Assembly: GCA_964234715.1 (NCBI GenBank)
Contig: OZ174275.1
DNA: 64,000 nt
Reading direction: 5' to 3' (one strand)
Source: Podarcis melisellensis
Taxonomy: Eukaryota
The first letter of the stretch is position 1, and each line of letters starts with the position of its first letter. Below, piece by piece: positions 51,983-64,000 of this stretch. The notes under the pieces were generated by a model. That model saw nothing but the letters and a program-made list of their open reading frames with translations, did no database searches and had not been told where the DNA came from. A program made the translations under genes and the position numbers.

Positions 51983-54606
51983 GTGAGTAATCCTTCTGCA
52001 TGAGTGTATCTAGTTGAAGACGAAGATAAGAGGGAGCAATCTTTAGGAGAAATCCTCAAGATAATTGCTTGGGACACAGTTTTAGCCAGAAATGGAAAAA
52101 AACAAAACCCTATGACACTGGAGACAGCTTGGAAAACTCTTAATTGCACCCCAGGGTTCACTAGTAAACCAGAAGATGAAAGTACGGTCTTGAAGGCACA
52201 CAGTGTGGCTTAACTGCTCAAGTCAAGTAGGCCTGGCCCTATAGACTGCAATCATATTTATTTATCTGCTTACTGTGTTTCTAATTCTAAGAAGTAGCAT
52301 TAAAATAATAAGCTCAAAACAGATAATTATGGCCATAGAAATACCACCTTAAAAAATAAGGATAAAAGATAAGATTTTAAAGGCCTGTGAGAATAAAAAC
52401 ATCTTCACCGATTTTGAAAAGCATTCCAAGTAAGGGGCCACTATCCTGGCTTCCTACCTTTCTTTAGCTTGTGGGGGCACACAATGATAAGAGGTCATTG
52501 TTGGGTACATATGGGAAAAGAGGATCCTTTGGATACTGTGGTCCCAAGCTTATAAAGGGCTTTAAAAGTCAGAACCTGGAATTGAATTGGAACTGGAATT
52601 GGGCTGGGAGTCAGTAAAGATGATTAAGTCCTTGTGTAATACAATCATAGTTAGTACTCTTTCAGCCATATTCTGTACTGATGGCAGTTTCCAGCAAGCC
52701 TTCAAAGGTAGCACCACATATAATGTATTACAGTAATCTATAAAGAAAATTGTATAAGATAACTCTGATGTTACAGGACAAGTATTAGAGTATTCTGCTG
52801 CTGTGATTTGATACGGTTTTAATTGATGGTTTTATTCTGTTAATGTATTCTAAACGTATTTTGTGTTCTTAGCTGCCATGTGCTCTTGTTATAGGAAGGC
52901 TTGGAGTATACACATGATGGACAAAAGCAAATATTTTTCCAGACAAATAGCGGGACAAACTTGACAGTATTTATAAAACCTGCCATAGAATATCCCTGGT
53001 AGTTGCTATTACCAATGCATTTATTATGGAGCAGCAAGAGACTAGTTATCCAGAGTTTTACTTGAGCAGAGAAATGTGTCATTTTTTACAGGCTCACCTG
53101 TTACAGTTTTTCATTGTGTAGGTACATTTTTCATACAACTGTAGCATTTCATTAGTACTGTTACCAGGCAATTGGGCAGTAATATGGGATTCATTGAATG
53201 CTTTACTTAGAATCATGTAGGACAGAGATTGCTAGAATTATTGTTAGAATGTATACCAGAGCATGAATATCTGTTTAAAATCCAGACATGGGAAGGCATT
53301 TTCCAGTTGTTACTACTATTTCAGGATCTCTTGGTAGTCAGAGCTAGCTTAGCCCAACTTTTATATCTCAGGCAGGCAGTGTCAGATTGCATCATGTGAC
53401 TTGGTCATGCAGCCTATAAAGTTAACAGAAAATAACTGAAGATGGCTAGAAGCAGCTCTGTGCTATTAGAGAGAGGGGTCTTATGAAGGAGTGCAAAATG
53501 ATGCAGACAGGTGAACATGTGGTTTCTCTTTTGGAGCCTGCTACTGTGGGTTGTCTTAACAAAGGACAAGTTCTAGGCATTCTAAGTAAGGTTAATTCTA
53601 GATTTCCCCACTAGTTTCTTGTTAACTCTAAAGCATAGTGGTGCTTAGCCTTTGTTGAGCAGGAAGAAAAATAGATTAATGACTCATTAGAGGAAGAGAA
53701 GCTAATTGTCCTATCTGTTTTGAAGTTTTGGTAGTGAGAAATGGCAGTTAGGAGTAGCCATGAAGTAAGTAAGTAATTTGTTTGTTTGTTTACTTAAATT
53801 TGTATACCAACCATTATCCATAGACCTCAGGGCGGTCCTGGAAAGCTAATGGAAGGTTAATTCTTTGCTAATATACTCAACACTATATGCAGGAAACATG
53901 AGATTATAATGACAATATATTGGGCTAAAGTACTGTATCTACCATGTGTAAGGCTTAAATAATTAAGCTAAAGCACCATAAAGCAAGTTTATAGGAAGTC
54001 TTAGGAAGTAAAATTTTATTTTCTTCAAATTTTGTAATATGTATAACAATTCATTTTGGAGGTCCTTCTTTTTTGGACTTGGAAGAATTTACTCTTGAAT
54101 TGGAATTCTTGAACAAAGTAGTGTGCCAAGATCTTGCTGTTTGGGCCTTTGGATACGGTGCTCAGATTCCTGTTTTCTTAGCCTTCTCTTCAGATTTCTT
54201 GCTCAGATATGGAGATATAAAACCAGTCAGTTGTTTTCTTTTCTTTCTAAAAACAATATACCGTGGAGTCTGAAACGTGGCAAGCTCACATGCTTCTGTG
54301 GCCATTCAGCTTCCTCAATCTACCATGCAGTCTTCTTCCTTAGCAGTTCCTGCTATTTGAATGTTCATTTTGCTACATTGTGTACAGTGTTTCCTCATTC
54401 ACATGCATGGCGGTGTTTGGCCATTGTGGGAATTGGGTACACTTCAGGGATGGATGAACATCTCCCACTCCCTGTTATTTGTGAATCTGAAACTTGGCGT
54501 TTCTTTACATTGTGGCACACTACAGAAATGCAAGAAGTCCTCTCGATAGTACTATTTGATGGAACAGCTTGTTCTGTTAAAATTAAACCTTTCTTCTTTG
54601 TTTCAG

Positions 54607-54673
54607 ACTAGTTCGGTTCGATCCTCTTGGGCATTATTTACTCACAGCAATTGTTAACCCTTCCAATCAACAG
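54607..54673 (+). CDS. AMBRA1: AMBRA1 coding exon 5 ([22 protein letters not shown])
   Basis: 67 nt, tttcag / gtaact. Confidence 0.95.
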
Positions 54674-55780
54674 GTAACTTTTTTATTCAGTTATTAGACA
54701 TATAACTGGTGTTTCCTGGTGTAGAGTTCTGTGACTTATTAAATAGACAGTGGATATTTGCTGTTTTTAAACTGACTGAATATGAATGGTCTAGGTGTAT
54801 TTGATGTAGAATTCTTAAATCTAAATATGTGTGAATCTGGTGACACCTGGATAGAAAGCCACGTGGTAATTTGGTCTCAGCTTCCTTGGAAAAAGGAAAA
54901 AGGCTGGGATATAGTATTACAGAATAATTATTTATTCATACCCAAAGTTTGGAAAGTTTCAAGAATACTTGGCCTTGCTGTGCTGCTGCTTGCTTTGCTG
55001 TTGTAGCTATCAATACTGGTCAGTCCAAAGCCTCCTTAGTCTGTGATGAAGTTTATGAGCTGCATTAGCGCTTCACTCCTGTGAACTGTGTAAGACTAAT
55101 ATGGTGCCCTCTCCCTTGACAAACTTCTGCTTTCTCTCTCAGGTCTTAAAAGGGTACCTATTGCTGGTTCACAGAGAATCTGGAAGGGGTACTTTATTGT
55201 ACTGATGGCTGATTGGGTCATATTGCCCAAGGTCATGTCCTATACATATAACTTGTGACATCATATTCCTTGAGGCGATCTATTTAACTCTTTCAGCTAC
55301 TTCCCCCCTCAGGCAGATCTCAAGCAGCCTCTTGGCTTTTGTTTAGTTCAGTTTGCAATAAAAGCAGGACTTTTTAAAAAAATCATATAGACAGTATTGG
55401 AGTGTGGTGTCTCCCAGGCTCATGAACTGGAAGCCTGGCTCTTGTAGCTGCCAACAGCACCCCCACCAATTTTGGTGGCAGATTTTTTTTTTTTTTAAAA
55501 AAGGCATAGCTCTGAGGTGGGCAGATCCAGTCCCTGAATGGGGATATAAATCATTTTCTCCCTTGTCATCAGCTTGATCATTGGAGCAGAGACAGGGTAT
55601 CCTCAGCTGATCTGCACAGAGCAATTGAGGAGGGAGAGATCTGTGTGTGTGTGTGTATGCATGCACATGTGCATATACGCTACATGTATATGGTTCCAGG
55701 TGGGTTGACTGAGTGCACCCTGTTTTTGCATCATCTTATTTTGATGCAAGGTAATTGATCACTTGCGCTTTCTTTTGTAG

Positions 55781-57264
55781 AACGATGAAGAGGTGGAAAT
55801 ACCTGTGGATAGTACTGAAATGCCACACTATCGTCAGCGTTCCATCCTCCAATCTCAGCCTGTGAGACGCACACCACTCCTTCATAACTTCCTGCATATG
55901 CTGTCCTCACGTTCTTCTGGTATCCAGGTGGGAGAGCAAAACGCCATGCAAGACTCGGCTACTCCCTCCCCTCCTCCTCCTCTCCCTCCTCCACCACCAC
56001 CACCACCTCCACCTCCACCACCACCACCTCCAGCTAGTGAAGCCTCTAGAGCATCTGCCTATAATGGCCTCAGTGAGCCTGTCAATTTCCCCTCAGTAAA
56101 ATGTTGCCAACATCTGGGGGTGCTGTGCCTTTGCAGGCGATGTTCTAGTGCAAGACTTCCTTCTCTTTTTCCGTCCCAGGACAACACCCCTTCCACATCC
56201 TCTGGGTCCACTGGCACTTCCTTTTCTTCTGTGCAAATGGAGCCTTACCAGCCCCAGGAGCAGGCAACTACAGCACAGCAGGAGCAGGGACTCCTTAACC
56301 GACCATCTGCTTTCAGCACTGTACAAAGCAGTACTGCGGGCAACACCCTGCGCAACCTTAGCCTCGGCCCCACTCGTAGATCCCTTAGTGGGCCTTTGTC
56401 TGGCCACTCGTCCAGATTTCACCAGTCTACAAGAGAGATGGCCTCTGGGTTGGAGGGTTCTGAGTGGACTCGAACAGTGTTGAATATGGGCCCTCGCTCT
56501 GAGTTGGAAGGTATGCCTCCTCCTAGAACCAGTGCCTCTTCAGTGAGCTTGTTGTCGGTACTGAGACAGCAGGAAGGAAGCTCCCAGTCCTCTGTATATA
56601 CTTCAGCTACAGAAGGGAGGGGTTTTCCAGCTCCTAGTGCTGAAGCTGAAAGCACTAGCAATGCTGGTCCAAGCAATCCAACCAGCATTCGCAATGAGTT
56701 TCAGTGTGACTTGAGGCGGTTCTTCTTGGAATATGATAGGCTTCAGGAGCTAGATCAGGGGATAGGTGGTGAACCCAGTCAGTCACATCAAGCCCAGGAG
56801 ATGCTTAATAACAACATCGAGCCTGATAGACCTGGTCCTTCTCATCAACAGACCCCACATAGCAGTGAAAACAATTCCAATTTGTCACGGGGGCACCTGA
56901 ACCGCTGTCGAGCCTGTCACAACCTGCTGACTTTTAACAATGACACACTTCGCTGGGAAAGAAGTACACCTAGATATGCACCAGGGCAGGTCCAAAGCAC
57001 ATTTGAAGGTGTGCCATCCAGCAGTAGCCAGCTACCACCTTCCGAGAGAATGGAAAGTAGAACTTCTCCCTCTAGCAGACTGCCACTGGGAAGATCTTCT
57101 AATCCGCCAGAGGAAAGGACCGTGGGAGTGGTCTTTAACCAGGAGACGGGGCACTGGGAAAGAGTTTACAGCCAATCTGCTTCAAATAGACCTGGGAATG
57201 TATCACAGGACGCCTTAAACCAGGAAATGCCTGAGGAAAGTTCAGAGGAGGATTCGCTTAGGAG
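55781..57264 (+). CDS. AMBRA1: AMBRA1 large coding exon 6 (disordered region, [10 protein letters not shown]...EEDSLRR)
   Basis: 1484 nt, ttgtag / gtaaga; ORF 55793..57268. Confidence 0.96.
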
Positions 57265-59427
57265 GTAAGATTGCTAGACCGTTCTAATTCCTCTTCAGTC
57301 TTTCTGAAGCTGTACCATTGAAGTGTGAACTACTGAAGATCTGGAGGTACTCATTTCTGATGCTGTCATGAATCTGGCTGGTAGCAATATTGGATTCAGG
57401 GATCAGTTGCTGGCTGCAGTGGGGCTCCTATCTAAAGCATAGAGTAAGCCTGTACACATTCAGAGGAAAGAACTACAATTTCTAGCTGAAGGTAACTATT
57501 CTCCCTAAGTCTCATTCTTACGTCGTTGAGGCATTGCTTGGAGTAGCTAACTGTAGCACTTGTTAACAATGGCAGCAAATGCAGTCCACTAGGCTTTTCA
57601 TATATTCCCAGTTGTTAAGAATAGGGAAAACTTGATTTTCTTAAAGATGGGATGAGCAGCTCCTTAACTTTTCAGAAATAATTCTGAATCTAAGATGGTT
57701 CAACTACTTATCATTACATCTGCATGTGACAATTATTTCTCCCATAGTAAGAATTAATGCCAATTCTTACGTCACCCTGTTCTTGAATTGTATGTCTGCC
57801 AATGACTTGTAGGTGAAAATCTGCTCCTGAATTGATTTGAGAATAACATTTCTCTTTGCTGCATGATGAATATTGGTGATGACAGAATAACTCCTATTTT
57901 AAAATCCCTGCCTCTATTCCCCCATTTCCCTGCGTTTTTCTGGCTGCTTGTAAGATTACATTTTCTTTTCCTAAGTTTACCTAACACTCATCTTGTCAGG
58001 TGCCCGTTGTTCATGAATGACTAATCTTACCTTGAATGCCTTTGAAATTGGCAGCTGTCCTCTTCATACCTATACAGGCCCTCACCCACCAAATGGCATG
58101 CAGGTATTGCATCAGTTCAAACCATTTTGCAGCAACCAAGGGGCTTTCACCTTAGGCTGAACTAGTGATGTTCTTTGAACGGCAAGGAACAGTGATTACC
58201 GCATGTAGGAGGCCCTTCAGCATTTGCTGTGTTTAACAGGCCTGGAAAGTGATCTGTAGACCCTCTTTCCTAGAGGACTAAAGTAGAAAGAATGGGATTG
58301 CGTTTAATTAAAGTATTGATAATGTATAGTCTCAGAGAAGTATCCGTTTGTTATGCTGCCCCATTGTCTAATCAGAACAGGCGGTCAGTGCTTTCTTTCT
58401 TTTTCCAAACTTTTATTAGGCATTACAGATGTAGATCATCTTAAAACATTCATATACATTTTAAAAAAATAAATACAAAGAAAAAGCCATATAAGATACA
58501 TAGTAACAGGGACAAGGAGGCTGAGTGAAAGGGTGCCTGTGCATGCAAACCAAAAGGAAAGCTGTGGAGAGTATCTGTGGGGCCATGGAATTGGATTGGG
58601 GAAGAGGAAAGTAGATTTATGAGAGGGACATTACTCCTATAAATGCTTGGAAGACTTAAAGCCTCCAAGGCAATCTTTGCCAACCTGGTGTGCTGGCTGG
58701 TGCTGATGGGAATTGCAGTGTAAAACATCTAGAGAGCTTCGGGTTGGCTCCTTTTTCTTTAATACAGTTATAGTTTAGAAGGCAAGCTGGTTCTTTCTTA
58801 GGGAATGGTCATTGTGACCTATTTGGACTTCTCTTTCTTTGTTGCTTATGATCCAGCTGATTGAATATTTGGGGTGACTTAACTGTCGTAGATGCTTATG
58901 TTCCTGCCATCCCCTCTGAGGTGCTGGCAGCTGTGACTGACATTTTATCTCTCTGACCAGATGCTTCTTGCTATGGTAAATGAATTTATAGTATGCAGCC
59001 TAGTGCTCAGGCTTGTTTTTGGTATTCAGTCCTTAAGAATTCCAGTAGCACAAAGCTTCAGTAGCTTTTCGCTGTGCAAAACACTATTTTACATTCTTTT
59101 CACTTCCGACTCTCTGATGAATATTTTCCTTTTTTTCAGTATGAAGCAGGAGCTGGTGCCTCAGTTACTCTTACTGTTTCTAGTGTGAGTCCTATGACAG
59201 GAGTGGTTAAATCTAGGAATGTATGTGAAGGGGCAATTGCATGGGACCTTTACCTGGCAAAGAGGGAGAGTAGTGATCAGATGGGCTGGACTCGGGGAGT
59301 ATGCTGCTTCTCTGTTTCAGACGTTACCGGCAACAGTGTTAAGTAGAAACTATGGTAAAACTTTTTGTTCAACTGGAGGTAGAAGTGAATGAGGCCAAAG
59401 GCTGTGACAGGATACTACAATTGTCAA

Positions 59428-59884
59428 CAGGGTTCGAAATTAGCAGGATGCCAGGCACATTTTCCGCCTAAAGATTCACCATTTGTGAGCACCTCAAAAA
59501 GCCTGGGTGCCATTTTTTGTACCTGGCTGTCACTCAAGGATTACTGAAATGTATGTTCTTTGAAGTATATGTCAAGGATAGACAATATGTTAAGGAGTTT
59601 CATAATAAAGAGTAGAGTGTTTTGAAAACTGAAGCATGGTACCAATATTTTTATTGTAAACTCCAAATTAAACATGTATTAACAATTTCTGCTAAAAATG
59701 TGATATTAACAATGTGTCACTTAAGTGAATTGCGTATTCGTTCATGTTTATCAAAATAATACATAAAAAGTGCTGCCAAACCCCCCCCCCCCCAGTGGTA
59801 ACTAGACATTCTGTTTGGGTGCCCACAACCCAGGTCCCAGAAGCCTTTTGGCTCCTAGCTTTTTTATCCCAGTTTCTAACACTG
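59428..59884. mobile_element. hAT-like non-autonomous element
   Basis: CAGGGTTCGAAA / TTTCTAACACTG termini; 6/8 TSD ATTGTCAA/TTTGTGAA. Confidence 0.65.
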
Positions 59885-62396
59885 TTTGTGAAGGGATGTG
59901 ATGGAGTGAAGCTGTTCTGTAAAGTTATACCTAGTATAACTTTCTGCGGTTCAGTTGGCACATTGAACATTGCTAGGAAGGCAATAGAAAGCCAGTGACA
60001 AGGCTGAAACCTGATTGTTAATGTTCCCGCACTCACTCATCCCTATGGAGATGTGGGTTATTATGCCCCAGATCTAGCTTCTGAGCAGCATTCTAGGGCG
60101 GTTCCCATTATAGACCAATAGTTGAAATCTTGAGGTAATGTTGTTGATCTAAATTCATAAAAGCCAAAAGTGTGTGTATGATACTGCAACCTTCTTTTGC
60201 TGTCAACTAGAAATCCAGGATATGGGATTTCTCCCAGACTGAGAGTTTATGAAAGGCTAAAGGAAACCAGAGTCTACTATTGGTGACCTGAACCAGCTCT
60301 CAGCAGCAGCAGCCTCTAAATATCAAAACTGCTAAACCAAGGTCAGATATGAAGGGAAGAGCTGGTTACTATTTTACTGTTGTCACGTTACTCTAGATTA
60401 CTATTGGATTTCACCTTGTGGTGTCACACACATTTTGAGCAGCAGAGAACACAAAGAAAGGTGCAGAACACCCAAGGAAAGTCATGTGGCTGTGATGTTG
60501 TACTAGAGGTGAGGGATCAGCAAATAAATTCTGGTATTAAATAGTGTCTGTTGCTAGTTCATCCAGCAGATGTCACACTTAGCAATGCAGCTGTTGAATT
60601 GGTAGCTGAAAGCCTTAAAAGAAGGTTGAAAGATGAAGACAGGTTGTGCTTGCTACCTATGCGTGGGCTTCATTTCCTTGACCTCATTTATCTGTTTGAG
60701 AAGTTCCTTATTTGTGAAGTGTGCGCCTGCACCGGGTGAATGGAGCTAATGATGACTAAATGAAGGCTGTCCCTCTCTGAATCATGTTTCACAGATTGGC
60801 CATGTGTGAAAAGAGAGTTCTGATTTTTGACTGCTCTGGGCTAATTATCTGAAGCTAATAACATAGGCATTAATAAGCATCTAATTGGTTTTCTTGATCT
60901 TATCCTTCGTCTCATTTTCTTAATCAAAAGAGATAAGCGAGAACCCCAATAAAAACAGCACATGCCCCTTCCAGACAGTTTTATCGGAAAAGGCAGAGTA
61001 GGCTGCTTAGCATGACTTGGCACAGACACTGTGCTCTAGCCATGGGACTTTGGTCTCCAGGTAATGCATAATGCAATATTTTGTGGATGTGTACACTGTA
61101 AGGTGAAATAAGGCCATATGTCTGCTTCAAAGCAATGAGGGATATGAAGACTTAATTTTCTCCAGTGATCTTTTGATTGGTGCTGTTTGAAGGACAGGAC
61201 CTCTTGTTTACAGATGCTTTCACCATCTGCCTGTCTGTCTCTCCGTTGGACCCCAGGGTGACTGAATTTTTGAAATACTGCTGTGTCAGTGCGCAAGCTA
61301 CTTCATTAAGTATGCTGGTGGATGAGAGGAAAATCACTAAGCAAGTCACAAAGTTGATACTCTGATCATCTTCTGGCAGCCTTTTGCAGTGTTTTTATCT
61401 TTGTTTTTCTAGGCATGTTTACTTGGAAGTAAGTCTTGCTGACTTTGGGACTTATCCCTGAGCTAGGATTGCATGTTAATTGTTTTCAAATAATGAGATA
61501 AAGTCTGTAACTATTTTCCATGTTTGGAAAACACAGTTTGTAACATTACATTTCTTGAAAGTGTTGAGGTAGCAGATTGTGACTGCCTACCCTCCTTGTC
61601 AGTTAATTTTTGTTTTAATTGCAGGTTCATTTAGCATGAAACAGTAATGTTTAGTTCACACTTGCAATGCAATCTGCTATAATTTGTAGATGCAGATTTC
61701 TTCATTTACTAATCAATGCTGCCAAGGTTCCTCTTTTTTGGCAGCTCATTCAACTCTAATCTAAGGTGAACATTATGATTTCCAGGTTGTTCTTTTTTGT
61801 CGGCTAAGATTGTCCAAGCTGGAGAAAAATTATCTCCTTCCCACTTCTGCTAACTTTTTCTGAAGTAATCTGAATAACAGAGGCTGAGAACTGGATGTCA
61901 GGTAGAAGGGTGAAAATGATGGATAGTTTCATTGGGAAAGGGCATCCATGTGATGGGGAACGGCAAGAGAAAAATAAACACAGGTGGTGATAGAAGGTAA
62001 TGAAGGAAGGGTTTTTGTGCTTTGCAAATATTGGATTCCTGTAGGCATGCTAATACCTCCCTGTTGTGTGTCCATGGCATAATTTTGACTACATGAGGAC
62101 TGGCACTTGGATACTTGATTTGCCAGTATCATATATGATGTTCTGCTACTCTAGCATATTGGAACTGATGGAGCAAAAGGTCCAAGTAGCAATATAAGGA
62201 GGAATGAGAGGAGGAGCAAGATCATAGAGACAACCCATATAATATTTCCTGGGTATTGAGTTCAGCTGAATCACCTCATTAACTATGGATAATTTTAATT
62301 GAGGGACTATTTTTAAAAAAGAAGAAGGTGGGGCCTCTCACACAATGTCTGCATGGGGGAGGCAGTCAAACCCCAAATTAGGAAGGAGTGCACATA

Positions 62397-62757
62397 CATT
62401 TGAAATTTGCCAGGCACTAGGCGAATTTGCACCTGGCGGTTGGCCTCTTGCAACCAAATGCAGATGCCTGGGCACCAGGATGGTGCCTGACATCTCCACC
62501 ATCTGGAGGTGCATGTCTGGGGATCCTTAGATCTTGCCTGTTTTTGCACACTAACAACACATCCTTTAGCATTCTATCTGCAATATTTTATCTGCACAAT
62601 GTGAACAAATTTCAGAAACCAAAAACTCGTATTGAAAAGTACGGCTTTTGAGCCGTCTGGCCCCAAAATGGCACCTAGACATTTCATTTTGGCGACTGTA
62701 ACCCTGGTTTAAGTAGCGATTTGGTGCCTAGCTTATATATCTGAGTTTCTAACACTG
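62397..62757. mobile_element. Related hAT-like element
   Basis: Ends GTTTCTAACACTG; 7/8 TSD TGCACATA/TACACATA. Confidence 0.65.
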
Positions 62758-64000
62758 TACACATAGTTGGAACAGAAGCTTACGAATCTTACAGCACCCT
62801 ACCCCGGCTATCTCTTCCCACCAGTGCTAAAGAGAGCAGTCAAAAGCTTGAGGTTCATTTTTTCCCTTTTTTTCTTTTGCAAAAAAAAAACACTTGGGCA
62901 GATTGGTGGTATGATACCGAACTTGTTCCAAAACATCTTAAGTTCCTTTCTGGAACAATCTTGATCCATGCAGGCTGGTATTTGTTGCAAAAATCCTAAC
63001 ACTTAGCAAGTCTTCTGAAAATTAGGATCCTATGAAGCTGCCTTTCACTAAGTCAGACCATATTACTACCCCTATCTGGAGATGCTAGGGATTAAACTAG
63101 AACCTTCTGCATGCAGAACAGATGTTCTACTATTTAGTCATGGCATTAGCCACACAATTAGACATGGAGCTCTGGCCTGACTTCTGCCCACCACCACAAT
63201 GAGACTGTCATTTGCTGGAGCAGAGCACAAGATTTCAGATCTTTCTTTTTATGAAACAGAAGTAACCAGCTTATAACTTGGCCTGGCACCAGATGAGATG
63301 AGCCAGACACAATTCTCAAGCCAAGCTGCTGGCATTGCTACTGTTCTTGCTTAGATAGGGAAATGTTAATATTTATATTCAGATGTTTTAATACATTTAT
63401 CTCTGCCTGCAGCAATTGTTTATTGATGTTTCTTTTTATGCTAAATGATGTTCATGTTGCTTTCATAGATGAAGGTGAACCCTCCAACTTTTGGAAGGGT
63501 TGTAGAAACTTGTACAGCATGACTAGAAGAGTTGGGAATAAAACAAGAAGTTTGGGTGCCTTTTGATTTGACTGTACTGGCCTTCTCATACCTTGATTTC
63601 TGTATTTTCTAGCCATCTTGAAATGTCATTCAGATTTGTGACTGAAACTTAACAGTACTATTGTATTGAATTATAGAGTGGAAAAGGTCATCTGGACCAA
63701 CCCTTTGCCAGTGCAGGAAATTCACCAGTACAGCATCCTGATAGATTGTCATTCAATATCTGCTTTAAAAAGCTTTTAGAAAGAGAGGTCTGCCATTTTC
63801 CAAAGCCATAGGGGTACCTTGCTGCTAGTTACTTCTTAGTACTTTATATTTTCCCTGTGTATTCTTGAATGTACATATATGTTTCTGTGTGTGGAGACTT
63901 TCCTCTTAAATTTATGCATGTTTTGTGGGAATTCCTATCCAATATTTAATTTACTTTATATAATTGTTTACATCTTCTTTCTGACCTGAGTGGCTTAAAG

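Larger units (their letters stand above)
48962..57264 (+). other. AMBRA1: AMBRA1 gene, 5' coding part (6 coding exons in window; continues beyond right edge)
   Basis: Phase-consistent exon chain encoding the N-terminal helix, WD40 repeats and disordered region of AMBRA1. Confidence 0.96.

Overview
Vertebrate genomic DNA. The repeat content (L2, CR1, RTE, L1, tRNA-SINEs, many short DNA-transposon MITEs) suggests a squamate, probably a lacertid lizard (inference). The window carries the ATG13-HARBI1-AMBRA1 cluster also known from human 11p11.2. ATG13 is on the minus strand with a complete 17-exon CDS (4236-21365, 550 aa including a 99-nt cassette exon). HARBI1, a domesticated PIF/Harbinger transposase, is on the plus strand (2 coding exons, 348 aa) and is head-to-head with ATG13 across a CpG island at ~25.9-27.2 kb. 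AMBRA1 is on the plus strand (CpG island ~36.6-37.7 kb, first 6 coding exons) and runs off the right edge. I found no clearly new gene system. The best leads are regulatory or RNA-level: a possible recursive splice site at the HARBI1 coding exon; a young in-frame L2 that could act as an alternative ATG13 last exon; an altered AMBRA1 exitron holding an expanded polyproline; CTCF-like motifs in MITEs bracketing HARBI1; uORFs in both autophagy genes; and a candidate intronic C/D snoRNA.
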